Counted from the stretch's first letter, positions 9,415 to 23,017 are shown. The stretch is 64,000 nt of DNA from Octopus vulgaris (GCA_951406725.2 OX597827.1:53072001-53136000), one strand, 5' to 3'. Notes: generated from the letters alone by a model not told the origin. Translations and numbers: made by a program.

Positions 9415-9590
9415 GGGAGAGTTTACGAAAAAAACAACAAATGATGAAGCCAGGTGGTGCACAAAACAAACATGTATTAGTATAACGCTCAGGAATAGAA
9501 AAAGTCTTTTACGTTTCGAGCCTACGCTCTTCTACAGAAAGGGACAGAGAAAACAAGGAGAGAAAAAAATGTGTGTAGTGGCTAACAAAT
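9415..9590 (-). mobile_element. Penelope-like terminal fragment with atypical hammerhead-like motif (9511-9537)
   Basis: Minus strand CTGTAGA-A-GAGC-GTAG-GCTC-GAAACGT, next to a (TA)n tract. Confidence 0.5.
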
Positions 9591-9795
9591 CCTTTCTACT
9601 ATAGGCACAAGGCCTGAAATATGGAGGATGGTGATAGTTGATTACATTGACCCCCAATACTCAACTAGTACTTATTTTATTGACCCAAAAACGATGAAAG
9701 ACAAAGTTGACCTCAGCAGAATTTGAACTCAGAACATGAAGGCAGATGAAATACTGTTAACCATTTTGGTTGGCATGCTGATGATTCTGTCAGTT
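9590..9795 (-). mobile_element. tRNA-derived SINE, degenerate
   Basis: Minus-strand B-box-like GAGTTCAAATTC and a core ending AATAAGTACTAGT. Confidence 0.6.
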
Positions 9796-10688
9796 TGGTT
9801 TGATGCAGGGACAGAGGGAAATCCACTTCTTTGTCCCATTTCTTCTAGAGTTTTTGCAAATGCTGTATGTATCTCCCTTTGAAGTCATTGGCCATCAAGT
9901 CTGTATAGTGCCTTTTGATACTATTGGATGGTGTGAGGTTGGTGTTATTAGAAGTAAGTTCAGTGTTTTAGCAACACCAGATGCATTAGAAAAGAGAATT
10001 CTTTGGACTGCATGGTTAGACAGGAAGCTAACAGAACTTTGGTGTCTGGGTGGCTTTTGGAGGGATTAACAGAAACATGGCAATAAGATGTGGGATGAAG
10101 TGATGAGGACTGATCTTATGATGTTGGGGCTCATGGAGAGATGACAAGGGACCAAGATGTTTGGCAATATGAGGTTCTAGAGAAGACCCACCCATGTCAG
10201 CAAGACAGAGTGCTAGAAGCATTGTGTCCCACCCACATGTAACAACAAAATTTTCACACACCCTACCCCAAGAAACTAAACTACATCTCCTTTTCTAAAC
10301 TGAATCTTTCTTTTCCTCACATTTCCTCTTCATAAACTATGATTGTCTTTCAGTCCCCTTTCCTGCTCCCACTGCCCTGCTGACTGTATTGCTGCTTTCC
10401 ACCCCACCCCATTTTTGTACCCAGGTTTTTGCCAGTCACTGCAATCCCCACTCCCTCCTTGCACTTTTTTGGCTATACCTGACTGCATATATTATGACCT
10501 TCGTACCTCTCTCTTCCTTACTCTACCATCACATCTATGCTCTGATCACGCTAGTGAACAGAGCATATTTACCGTGCATGTATGGGTGTGTGCACATATA
10601 GTTGATTGAAAGCAATGAATATATTTACACTACTTTGTTGAAAAGCTCAAAAACTTTATTGGCACAAAGTTATATATATATATATTTA

Positions 10689-10833
10689 CACTAGCATAGC
10701 TAGGGAGTGGGGGCGGTCCACCCCAGGCGGCACCACATTTGGGTCTGCTGTAGGCAATACATGTTTTTCGTGGGGTCCAGGGGCGGCAAATGGAAGGCCA
10801 CCCCAGGCAACATGCACTCTAGCTGTGCTAGTG
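10689..10833. mobile_element. MITE with 15-bp terminal inverted repeats
   Basis: CACTAGCATAGCTAG ... CTAGCTGTGCTAGTG (14/15 complementary), GC-rich interior; no clear TSD. Confidence 0.65.
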
Positions 10834-11328
10834 GCCCTGATCCTTGTTACTTGTGAGTACACCCTGACACTTCACCATCTTTCTCCTGCTCTCTCTAACA
10901 CTTTTGCTGTTTCCTCCCCCTCTCTCTCTTCCCTTGCTTTTCCTTCTGGCTGGGTAGCCATGTAAATCTCTACAACAGCACACCTATTTCTACCCTCATT
11001 CTTGATCACTCTCTCTCCTCTTGTTTACCTCTGGCTAGGTAACCAAGTATCTCCTTTACATCAGTGCACCTGTTTCTGTCCTCTTTCTTGAATCTCTCTC
11101 TCACTAAGTAACCATGAACCTCCCCAATAGCAAGACGCCTATTTCTGCCTTTCTATTTCTCTGCCCCACTCTAACTTTTCATCATCTGATATAAGATCAT
11201 CTCCTCCAATGCCCCCTCTGTTATACCAAGACACCTGTTTCTGCCTCTCTGTCACACTCTAGGCTATCATCCTCTGATACAAGCTCCCTTCCTCAAATGC
11301 TCCTGCTCCTCGCAAAATTCCTTGCCTT

Positions 11329-11370
11329 GTAGTTTTCTATTTAGCTGGCTCCAGCTAAATAGAAAACTAC
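11329..11370. repeat. Perfect hairpin, 20-bp arms, 2-nt spacer
   Basis: GTAGTTTTCTATTTAGCTGG-CT-CCAGCTAAATAGAAAACTAC. Confidence 0.9.
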
Positions 11371-11894
11371 CCTAAGCAACTGTGTGTTTTAACTGGATTT
11401 TTATGGCTGGATGTCCTTCCTAACATCAACCACTCTGCAGAGGGGACTCATTGCTTTTTACATGGCACTAGCACAGGTGAGGTTAGTTTTGGCATGATTT
11501 TTACAGCAAGATGCGTGACACCTTGGGCAATTGAATTTTCCACGTCCTCTCCCACGCCCCTCATTGTTTTTTTCATATTCGTTTACTACATGTTGTTTTT
11601 CACCTATTAGACTATTTTTTTTCACTTATATGTCTTTCCTAACCACCTAAATAAGGGGTTTGCAGGAAAGTTGATTCCACGCGAAAAATTCGAGTTTTTT
11701 TTTTTTTGTGAAAAGCAGGGGTGGTGTTAAAAATTTACCAAATATTTTGCTTACATCCCAAAAAGTTATAGTTTTTTTCTGAGTTAAATTGTATGCCTCG
11801 GAAATCAATTAGAGGGATGCCTGAGCGTGTGCGCGCGCTCGAGTGAGCACGTGAAGCTAGGATTTGTACGAAAGTATAACATATTTATTTATAT

Positions 11895-12101
11895 TGGGTA
11901 GCCCAAAAGAAGGTTTACAGTTATTCAACAATTTCGCATTCATGTATTAACAGTTTAAATCTTAATTATAAAAAAAAAAATTGAAACAATTATTCTATGC
12001 TAATTTATTTAGGTAATTGTAAGATAGAAATTTAAATATAATAAAATGTTTTAAAAGAAATTTAAAGTGCCTGCGTGTGTAAATCTACTTTTGGGCTACC
12101 G
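11895..12101. mobile_element. Tc1/mariner-like MITE upstream of ATP6V0E
   Basis: TIRs GGTAGCCCAAAAGAAGGTTTACA / TGTAAATCTACTTTTGGGCTACC (21/23), TA flanks, AT-rich interior. Confidence 0.65.
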
Positions 12102-12325
12102 TACATATATGTATACATAAACGTAAATACTTTGTATATGCATATATATATATGTGTGTGCGTGTGTGTGTATTATATCTAAAAAAACTCGCACACACTC
12201 ATTAAAAAATTAAACTAAATATCAATTTTTCGGTTTAAAAAAATTTATTCCAGCAGTAGTTACTGTATTTTATGAATCCAGTTTAATAGAATACGAGAAT
12301 AAAAGTGTAGCAGAATCTAGTTATA

Positions 12326-12335
12326 GTCATGTGAC
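12326..12335. promoter_or_regulatory. CLEAR/M-box motif (MITF/TFEB site) GTCATGTGAC
   Basis: 48 bp upstream of the ATP6V0E ATG; V-ATPase genes are established MiT/TFE targets. Confidence 0.7.
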
Positions 12336-12382
12336 TTCTCGATGATTATTTTTTCTTCATCGATCTACACTGAAAGAGAATC

Positions 12383-12489
12383 ATGTCGACCGAAGTTGTA
12401 ATGACCGTTGTGACTCTATTTTGGGCATGTGTTGGTATTGTCATTCCAGTTTTTGTCCAATACACAATGTCTACTTCCCCAAACAAAGG
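12383..12489 (+). CDS. ATP6V0E: V-type proton ATPase subunit e, exon 1 (MSTEVVMTVVTLFWACVGIVIPVFVQYTMSTSPNKG)
   Basis: FW..VG...P...PNKG motif, GTATGT donor at 12490, 35 codons + 2 nt. Confidence 0.93.
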
Positions 12490-14384
12490 GTATGTACAAT
12501 GAATTATCAGAATTTCCTTTATTTTGTGTGTTAAATACAACCTGCAGTAATAATGTCATTGCTTTCTCGAACCTTAATATCCGCCTACAATGGCCTAAAC
12601 CTAATGTTTGCGTTTAATCCTTAATAATACATTTGCTGTTATCGTTATTTAAAGAATAAATGCTTTATTTATTTTTCATAAGGTGTCGTTTGTACTGTTT
12701 CATTAATAAATAAAATAATTGATGTCATAAATAGCTTTCAGTGTGGATATTTTCGTAAATATTTTGTGTATTTGCATTGAAATTATTCCTGAGAAGTAGT
12801 AATAAACAAGAAAGTGTGTAAAACAATAGCCGTAATCATGATCAGTTGTTTATCGCGAGATATTCAATAAGAAGTTTGTTTCCGTACATAGTGGAAACCA
12901 GTAACAGTTAAGTCAGTCGTCTGTCACGAGTGTTTTTGTGTGTGCAGCTGGGAATTTTGTCAATGAACAGGTCGCGGTTTCAAAGTAACGAAAATATTTT
13001 GACAAATTAAATTTAAATGTTGAAGTGAATCTAATGATTTTTGTGTGTTTTTAAATGGCTTATAAACACCTTCCACGCTGTATACATACATACACGCACC
13101 CATTGCAGGGTTCTAATACAATATACTGTAGTTATGTTCGTCTGTATATATTGGGCATAATTAAGTGTAAAACATTTTACTCAAATTTATGCAAATTATT
13201 TATAACAGAAGATGAACAGACACCATATACATCGTGGGGAGTTAGAGTTACAGAACTTGAGTAGGTATAAATTGAGTATATTTGGTGCAGACTTAAATTG
13301 TACAATTACATCTCAAAATCGTATTAACAATTTTTTTTCTTGTTACTATAGTCTCAACTAGTGGATAATTATACAAAACGTGAATTATTTACGACGTTAG
13401 AAATAGAGCATTAACTAAAAGGATGTACTTTGACCTAGAGTTTACTTATTTTGTTTTTACATTTACGAAATAATTATTTCTAACTTGAATTTGTGTTGTG
13501 GGAGAGGTTAATTAAATCGTTCCCTGTGCTTGGCTAATACTGATTGCCCGCTTCCTCGGTCACATGAACGACAAAGTGGAAGAAGTTTTGACTTCGGCAA
13601 ATAATGATAATCATTTTTTTTCTAACATAAATATTTTTACTTAGAAAATGTGGATTTAAAATATCTTCATTCACCACTAATTAGGTCAACTATTTCCCCT
13701 TCAGTCACTTATTCCTTCCTTGTAGGATAGTCTGAATACTAATACACTGTTTAATATATGTTGAACATTTCAGTAGTTAGGTGGGAAGGTGAGCAGTTGA
13801 AAACAAAGCTCTTTACCAAATTTGACTTGTCCAGGCCGGTCTTGACTGAGGGGACATGATTAGAGAGCATTCCACTCATGACCATCCATCTTTTTAAGGG
13901 CTATTTAAGAAAGGTTCCCTTTCCTTTGACAGGAGGTTGTGATTTGATAGATTTTTGGCCTTATTTCCAACAAGTTGAATGTTCACGTACGGGCTCCTGC
14001 CGTGTGTCTTGTGAATGTCATCAGTTACTATAACCTTGCTGAATTTGAATTTTCTCAGTGTACGATTTCTGTACTGTATTAAAAGTCTATATTAGTGAAG
14101 ATCTGTTTTAACTGGGATAGCATTCAGCAATGTCTAACATACCTGTCTTCAAGCTAAACTGCCTATCAATCTACCCATCTCTATCACGTTGCATCATTGA
14201 TATGCCACTGGAGTTCTCTTTGACGTTCACTATCAGTTTTGGACAGGGCTATTAGAGAGTGTTCTGTGCTGTGAGGACCAAAGACTTGAGGTATTTCGTG
14301 TTGCAAGACAGTGTGTGAGAGAGAATTGTGATGTTGTAGAAGAGAAATATGTCTGCATGGATGATGGTTCACTTGCATTAAACG

Positions 14385-15210
14385 AGGCTGCTTAGAGATA
14401 GGTTTGGAGACGCCACTATGAAAGGTTGCTCAATAAAGAAAATGAATGGGAGAGAGTCTGCCGAATGTCGACCCAACAAAGAGACCAGCTATCGGAGTTG
14501 ACAGTACCTTGGTAGATAAAGCAATTAAGAGTATGAAGACAGGGAAAGCCCCTGGCCCTTCAGGAATCACTGCAGAGATGCTCAAAATATCTGGCAGTGT
14601 TGGCTATAGTCTAGTCACCCATATAGTTAACCAGGTGATACACGAACGAGTCATACCCAATGACTGGTGTAGCAGCACCATAGTCAACTGCTACAAAGGT
14701 AAAGGTGACGAAGAATTCCGTGTAGAGGTAGGGGTTTACCAAGGTTCAGTCCTCAGCCCCTTCCTATTTATCATAGTCCTCTTGGCAGTAACAGGAATTC
14801 AAGACAGGATGCCCCTGGGAGCTCCTCTATGCTGACAACCTTGCTCTAATTGCTGAGTCACTATCAGAACTAGAGGAAAAGTTTCAGGTGTGGAAACAAG
14901 GATTAGAATTGAAGGGCCTTAGAGTCAACCTAGCTAAAACCCAAGTCCTAATAAGTAGGAAGGTAGACAAGCTACAAATCCCTTCAGGTAGATGGCCCTG
15001 CTCGATCTGTAGAATGACTAGTGACAGAGACCTTTGGAAATATGCTGTGCTTGAGAAGATGACCCAGCAAGCCAAGTGAGACCATAACCTGTGGCCTATG
15101 TCAGGGGTGTAACCAGCCCACATGTGCACCTTTCCTTCATGGGACACTAAACCTGTTGAGGCAAGTGAAATCAAAATCAAATTCGATGACTGGCATCCTT
15201 GCTAGTGGAG
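14385..15210 (+). mobile_element. Internally deleted RTE-clade LINE fragments
   Basis: MKTGKAPGPSGITAEMLK, VGVYQGSVLSPFLF, LLYADNL and GLRVNLAKT motifs with deletions and frameshifts. Confidence 0.8.
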
Positions 15211-15229
15211 CGCTAGGAGTACCGTCTGA

Positions 15230-15625
15230 GTGTGATCATTGCCAGAGCAGCTGATTGGCTTCCGTGCTGATGACACGTAAAAAGCACCATTCGAGTGTGA
15301 TCGTTACCAGCATTGCTTTACTGGCATGTAAAAAAACATTTGAGCAAGGTCGTTGCCAGTGCTGCTGGACTGGCTCCTGTGTAGGTGGAATGTAAAAAGC
15401 ACCATTTGAGCATGGCTGTTGCCAGTACCACCTGACTGGCCCTTGTGCTGGTGGCATGTAAAAGCACCTACTCCACTCGGAGTTGTTGGCATTATGAAGG
15501 GCATCCAGCTGTAGAAACTCTGCCAGATCAGATTGCAGCCTGGTGCAGCCATCTGGTTTGCCAGTCCTCTGTCAAACCATCAAACCCATGCTAGCATGGA
15601 AAGCAGACATTAAACAATGATGATG
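15230..15625 (+). mobile_element. SINE, (GAT)n-tail family
   Basis: Reverse complement of the 581-880 family; repeated AAAAGCACCATT units; ends GATGATGA. Confidence 0.75.
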
Positions 15626-15699
15626 AGGTTGAGAAAAGTGGTGTATGAATGACTGTCACAGCCATCTGTGATTTGTGAGATCTATGTGATCAATGATTG

Positions 15700-17480
15700 C
15701 AGGAAAAATAAGTAGTAAGGGAAATTCAATGGACTGAGTTCCTAGGAAGGAAAGACTGGATGTAGGAGGTTGGAAACACTATAGGGAAGCAGAGACTAGT
15801 GGGTCTGATGTGCCTGAATAGATATTAACCAGCTTTCATTTGAAATTTTGAATAGGATTACTAACTGTTGAAAGCTGAATTATTTTCTGGCGTTGTAGAT
15901 GGTTTGTCTTTGTGATGTTGCCTTTGCTCTGCTGTGGATGTGAGAGCACTAGAAGAAACTGTCAGTTATGGTGAGGCCTAGCATTTGTAGTGATTTTGAG
16001 GGTTGTAGATGCATGTTGAGTTGGAGTATGTTTTTTTGATATGCCTAACATTTGTCTTTGTACTGTTGGAATCAGTATTAACATGACCTAATTGGGGTAA
16101 TAGTAATTTGGGCCTCTGTTTATGGATGTAATGCATGATTGGTGTGAGATGTGTTTGTAGGCTATCTTTGCATAAGAGTGTTTGGTTTTGGATATACTGG
16201 CATGTAGGTTGTTGATGTATATATATGAGGGAGGGTGTTGGGACACAATGGAAACTTAGATCTACCCAAAATTGATAGAAGTCAAAGAGACTTCCATCAG
16301 TATGTTAATGATGTAATTAGACTAGAAGCATCAGATTCCAATAATGAAAGATGGCTAGAGCAAATTGGTAGGCAGTTCAGCTGGGAGGTAGGTATGTCAA
16401 ACATTGTTGAATGCCTTGTTGGTGTCAGATACAAAATTGTTTTGCCAAATTCCTGAAGGATGAGGGCTCACTGGTGTGTGACATATATATCCCCCATAAA
16501 AGACTTATGGTCATGACTGGAATGCTCTTTGATCATGTCTCCTCAGTCAAGATTGACCTGGACTAAACAACTCAAGTTAAAATTTGGTAAAGAACTTGTT
16601 TCCAATTGCTCACCTTCCCACCTAACTAACATATATTAAGGAAGAATTTATAAACAGTGTAATCTCTTGTAGATCTTATGGATCATGTCCTCTTCTTTTG
16701 AGATGTTGAAAGTGAAGGCAATAAGTTGACAGTAAGAGCAGAATGGGATACATTATAGTGTGTTTCCAAAGATCTGGAGAGATTTATGCAGAGAGATAGA
16801 TTGAAGAGTTTGGCAAGGATTTGCCCTGGAGCACCTTATATGAGAGTTACGGAAGAGATACTGGTAGGGCCAGTGGCCCAGTTCACATGAACCTACAGGA
16901 GTTGCTTTTGTATCCGGTATGTTGGGATTGACCTGGAGAGTAGAATGGAATAATTTTGGAGGTGTTTTACCTAGTGTGTGCAATGCAAAGTGGATAGAAT
17001 ACGTGGAAGTTTTTTTTCCAGGGAATTTGGTTACAGTGTCCACATAGTTGCATAGTAATAGCAAGGGAGTGAAAAGACTGGCTGCAGTTTGGCAGGTAGG
17101 AAATCTTGCAAGCTGTGTAATGCATGGAGTTGTGATGATAGTGGAGGTAAAAGCAGCTGAATTTGTGGGTATGAGTGATTTTTTTTTTTTTTTTTTTTTT
17201 TTCATGTTTTTGCATGAACTGTCACAGTTCAGCTACAAGTAAACTATTAGGCATAATAAAAGTTGTAGCTTTTTAATATTCACCCATTTTGTGTTACAGG
17301 TGTAATACAAAAATTTACTGAGAAAGGAATGGGAGAACAAAAATGTAAAAATATGAAATTTCTTTGGACAAAAAATTATTTCAGAGAAGGAAACAACCAC
17401 TCGATACTTTGCCCTTTTCCTTCCCTGTGAGGGAGTGATAGCTATTCTGAAAGTCCACCTGTCAGAGATTACATCCGTCA
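15700..17480 (-). mobile_element. Highly decayed LINE-like remnant
   Basis: Codon-like composition with broken minus-strand ORFs; clade not resolvable. Confidence 0.3.
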
Positions 17481-19136
17481 CACAAGATAGGTGAAGTAGT
17501 GAAAATTTATTGAAGTTATGAGTTAGGAAGTGTGTCGGGGTGGCATTGTGTAATGGGTAGGCAACATATGACAGTTTTTGACTCCTGTAGATACAGAGAC
17601 TATGGTGGATTAGTAGAAGCTGGGTTTGTGATGAGAAAATAAGGTATTGTGAATGTCTGTCTGGGATATGTATTGGATAATATTTTTAACCCCAGGTCAA
17701 CCTGAATTGAGTAGGTTTATCAGAGATTTTCTAGAGTACATCTTTGTATAATGGACTTAAACAATTCTGATCACTATTTTTGTTTGCTATACTAGATAGC
17801 ATGTGGGTATAAAGCACTTTTTAAAACTCTATTTGTTACAAAAGCTTACCTATTTCAAGGTGCCTCATTGTCCTTCAAATATATTCATTCTAGATAGCTT
17901 TTCTAGTTGATTTTATTTCCACAGAAAATTGAAACAGTTTTCAGATTCTCCTCTGCTAAAACTGATTGTTCTCTTAAAGCTGACTGTTCTTTTGTTTGTC
18001 CATTAGCTTATATTTGTATTTGAAAATCCATTGTTTCAAATATTATACACTTTTAACTGTTTCACTTAACTCAAGGCTATGATCTGCTTTCAATCTTAAG
18101 GATAGTAAATTGAAGATTGTTGCATGCTATTGTCATCTACCATTTGTCTAGCTGTCATAACAGCATTTGTTTCTTGAAATCTCATGTAAGATGTCTCTTA
18201 ACTGGTTAGCCAACTATTGCTTGTGATATTTTGTGGTGATATTCAACAAAACATAATTACATATTTACAACTTGTTACACTTTTAAAGAACAATATCAAA
18301 TAGCTTGGAGAGAGACTAGATGTTAAGTATAAAGGGAGAAGTCAAAAAGAAAGAGGTTTGTACATATTTTGTGATATGAGTATAGAGGCATGAGGTGTTT
18401 GCAAAGCAGTGTATCAGAGGTAATCAAAATATTGTTGGAAAGAAGTGTGTATGGAATGATAGTGTAGCACTTCCCTCCATTGATTCTAAAAAGAAAGAGG
18501 CATAGAAGTGATACTAAGATATTGACAACTGATGAAAATGTATAGGGTCATTGATGTTGACAGCTGTGTGGTCAAAAGTGTGATTAAAATAAAGTATTAA
18601 ATGTTACAAAGATGTTCCAGTGTGGGCCAACTACAGAAGCATTAAATTGAGGTTATATAAATAATCAGTGTAACGAACTGAGTAGGAAAAAAAAATTAAC
18701 TGAGATAAGATGCAGTTTGGGCTAGGATGGAATATCACTGATGCCCTCTTCGTTTAAAAAGATCTCAGGTAAAGTACATAGCTTGGAGTGAACCACTCCA
18801 CATATCATTTATTGATTGAGAACTTTAACAGTATTCTACACTAGTTATGTGGTTGCTAAGAAAAGTAAATGAATGGCCAATGTACATAGGAGCCATCTGC
18901 AACATTACTCCTATTCCATTGATAAGATAGCCTTTTCTTCACAATATATTTCCTAAATTGTTGTAAAGCCTAAGTTGCTGATGAACTAAAATAAATATTC
19001 ATTTACTGGTTCTAGCCAGTTGGCTCTGGTCACGATGATGCACTGCTTAGAAACATTTCTATTTGTTTATTTCTTTTGGAAATATTTTCCATTCATTTTT
19101 TTAAGCCTTGTGTATTTATAGGGATTTTTGAAAATC

Positions 19137-19174
19137 CAGGCATTTGTTGAGATTAAAATCTCAACAAATGCCTG
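19137..19174. repeat. Perfect hairpin, 18-bp arms, 2-nt spacer, in ATP6V0E intron 1
   Basis: CAGGCATTTGTTGAGATT-AA-AATCTCAACAAATGCCTG. Confidence 0.9.
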
Positions 19175-20715
19175 TTTTAGTGTGGTGAACCTGTTCGTTG
19201 ATGAGGTCTTTCAATATCTTATTAACAGATGTTCACTGATTTAATCACTCAGCAATCTAGTTAACTGTTGTAAATACAGAAATAGTTTTGTCAGAGAAAT
19301 AGTGAAACACATTAATTTGAATCCCTATCAGAATATTTACTTCAGTTATTGTATTAGTATATAGGAGAGATAATGAGCTACGTTATTCTACTTCAGCAAT
19401 GTTTTGTATCTAATACTGAGTGCATATTTTTCTTATATCTAGTAATTATGTTTTCAAAGAATGTACACTGACTGCTGTTCAATCTAGAGAAACCTTTGTG
19501 TGTAAGAGGGTTTCCAGCTGTTATTAACAATAGATCTTTATTAAAATGTGTATTCTGGGTGTACGTATAATTTTAGCTTATGTAAACAGTCCATATGTGA
19601 CTGATATTTTCAGAAGTGTGTCTGTCTTTTCTGTTCTATATTTGCATTTTACATTCAGTGATGACATCTAATGGCTGTCATATATTGTAAAAAAAAAAAA
19701 AAAACCTTTCTTGATGGTGCCATTGAGTGAGATTCTTATATTTTATTCTCAGTAATTGTTTTTATAAGTTTAGTATAATGAACTCTTGAGTTTATAATTT
19801 GTAGTAAATTTGGTATTGTTTTGGTATCCTGTGTTATACATTTAATTGTGTATTAATAGTGTAAGAGAAGGAAGGGTTTTTTTTTTCTGAATGGTATTCA
19901 TATTGTGTATTCACAGCTATAGTTTTAAGTGCTCTATTCCTTTGGAAATAAACATAGGCAACAAGCTGTGTCTGTGTTGCAGTAGTAGTTAGTTAAGATG
20001 ATTTAACAAGTGTGTAATTTACACATAAAATCAACAAATAATGGTGCAATTTGTTCTATTTTCTGCTGTAACTATATATTACATAAAATTTAAGAAATAT
20101 AGAAAGTTTTGAATGCCTTATTTTTGAATTAATGAGGGCCCCCTCCCCCAAAATCGATGCTAAATGGAAGAAATAAAATAAGATCCTCGAAAGACTCCCA
20201 GAATGAAATCTTAAACATGTAAGAGACTTTCTATCAATCAGGCTCTCCCCCATTGTTAAAAGTAAAAGGAATAGAAAATATCGCTTGTACTCTGTATAAT
20301 GTTAATGGTAATCTCAAGTGTGACTCACCTCTCTTACTTCTTTTCTCCACTATTTGAAAATAGAAAAGTCGATTGTTTTATATAATTCCTCAATGTTTTA
20401 ACTGACCATGTAGTTTTATCCCAAATTGCGGTGCATTGACAAACTCCAAATCAGAGTGAAATGAATTTGTCTGCAGCTACTAGGACAACCAAAACATTAA
20501 AAAAAAAAAGAAAATAAAAAGAATGAATTGTACTCACATAATAAAATAAGTATATAAAAAATAAAAAATTTCTCTCAGCAATTCTCTCTCCTTGAGGGAA
20601 ATTTCTCCCCCTATTTTATTTCTTAGCAAACCCTATTTCTCTCTACCTTTTAAGTTGAAAAAACTGCAGATAGCGACAGCGGCAGCAATGGTGGTCACCA
20701 GTCAAATTTCACATG

Positions 20716-20965
20716 TCATCATCATCATCGCTTAATGTCCGTTTTCCATGCTGGCATGGGTTGGACAGTTCGACTGGGCTCAGGGAAGCCAGGAGGCTGC
20801 ACCAGGCCCCAATCTGATCTGGCAGTGTTTCTACAGCTGGATGCCCTTCCTAACACCAACCACTCTGAGAGTGTAGTGGGTGCTTTTTATGTGCAACCGG
20901 CACAGGGGCCAGAGGAGCTGGCATTGGCCATGTTTGGATGGTGCTTTTTACATGCTACCAGCATG
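20716..20965 (-). mobile_element. SINE, (GAT)n-tail family
   Basis: Matches 581-880. Confidence 0.75.
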
Positions 20966-20989
20966 GGGCTCACAACTACTATTTCCATT

Positions 20990-22010
20990 TGATTTGGTTT
21001 TGATATTGCTGATGTTGATGTGCTTGACTCAATAGGTCTCCTCAAGCATGGCATGTCGCCCTACGATCCAAGGTACTTTTGAGTGGGCTGGTTATGCAAC
21101 ACTGGTGTAGGTTACAGCTGTGGACTCTCTTATTTGCCAGGTCTTCTCAGTCACAGCATACCTCCAGAGGTTTTGGTCTTTTGTCATTACCTCTGTGAGG
21201 CCCAATGTTCGAAGGTCATGCTTCACCACCTCATCCCATGTCTTCCTCTACCCCAGATTCCTTCCACTGTTTGGGAGTGGCACTTCTTCACATAGCTCTC
21301 CTCGTCCACCTGCAGTATAGTACCAATGCAAACGTCTCTCTTGCATGCAACATCTGATGCTTCTTATGTCTAACATTTCTCTCAGGGCACTTACACTCTG
21401 TTGTGTGTGCACACTGACATTACACATCCAGCGGATCATACTAGCTTAATTCCTTTTGAGCCTATGCATGTCTTCAGCAGTCACGGCCATGTTTCACTGC
21501 CGTGAAGCATAGCAGTTCGCACTCATACATCATACAATCTACCTTTCACTCTGAGTGAGAGGCCCTTTGTCACCAGTAGGGGTAGAAGCTTTCTGAACTT
21601 TGCCCAGGCTATTCTTATTCTAGTGGCAACACTGTCTGAGCATCCACCCCCACTACAGACTTGGTCACCTAGGTAGCAGAAGCTATCAACTACTTCTAGT
21701 TTCTCCTCCTGACATGTGATGGAGTCTGTTTTCTGAGCATCTGTGGTGTTTATTGCCCCTGTTCATCTGCTGCACGTGAAAGCTATCTTTCCAGTTAATC
21801 TTCCTTTGATGTTGCTGCACCTCTTATGTGTCTATAGCTTATACTGGGTACATCTTAAGGATTTTCTACCTACACCTTTTCTACAGATCGAGCAGGGCTA
21901 CCTACTTGAAGGGGTGCATGATGTGTTTGCCTTCCTACTTACTAGGACTTTGGTTTTTGCAACATTGATTCTAAGGCCCTTTGATTCTAAACCTTGCTTC
22001 CAAACTTGAA
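20990..22010 (-). mobile_element. RTE-clade LINE 3' fragment
   Basis: Minus strand GLRINVAKTKVL, MLHGSETW, MIRWMCNVS...RRLHW motifs. Confidence 0.8.
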
Positions 22011-22029
22011 GGAAGCAAATTCATGGATT

Positions 22030-22660
22030 ATACATAGTAACCCATGAATTATTATGGGGGAATAAGAAGGCCAGAAATTAGGACCAGTGAAGTCACAGAA
22101 ATTTGCTGACAACCATTTGTGACCCTTTGTGGAGGTATGGCAAGGAGCCAAATCCTGCTGTCACACATATATGGCTTTACAGCAGCAGCCTTCTCCAGCC
22201 AGTGTTTGACCACAATCTCCAGCAGCTCCACACTCTTTTCATCTGAGAAACAGGGTATGCCCCAGTTTGTTCAGGAGCTTTTTCACTTTGATCAAATGGT
22301 TCTCCTTGGCTGTCAGAATTCATCCCTTGTGCCTCTTGTACAAGTGGTAGTGAACATCCCCATTCAGGGCAAGCTTCATAGAAGTGACACCAAAATCCAT
22401 ACACTCTTGCTCAGATCTTCCACCACTTTATCCTGTAGTTGTTGGATGAATTCTAGTGTGTGGACACAGTCAGAATACCTGCTGTGTCCTTTCTCGCTGG
22501 CTATAGCTTTGTAGTCTCTGTTGCAGCTCTCCATGTCATGTCTTATGGCCTTTATATGTTCATATAGCATTGAGCAACACTCATGATATTGGCATTTTGA
22601 TACCCAGCACAGACCATCAGGATACAGGTAACTTTTTCCCAACATGTAGGTGGCTTCTAG
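22030..22660 (-). mobile_element. Older degenerate LINE (probably RTE-like) fragment
   Basis: Broken ORFs with codon-like composition; weak motif support. Confidence 0.35.
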
Positions 22661-23017
22661 TCCTCCATCTCAGCTAACTTTTTTTTGATTACAACTGTAA
22701 TCTTTATGCTTTGCAATGCCATTGATTTTTCACCAATACATCAAGATGTTCCTGAAAAATGGAGACAATAAAAATCCTCAACATTAGCCCAAACACCTTG
22801 TAATTCTTTGGTTGTTGTTTGATTGAATCCAGTGTGTCTACTTTATGGTAAATATGTTTGTACTTGAAAAGTTTTTAAACGATTAAAAAAAGATATCTTG
22901 TAAATATTTTGATGGTTTAGAACACTAATTTTGATGTTTGCTATCTGAGTGTTGTGTAGAAAATTTGCTAAAATATTGAAATGAATTTTACATGTAGTTT
23001 CTGAACTTCTTTTCCAG

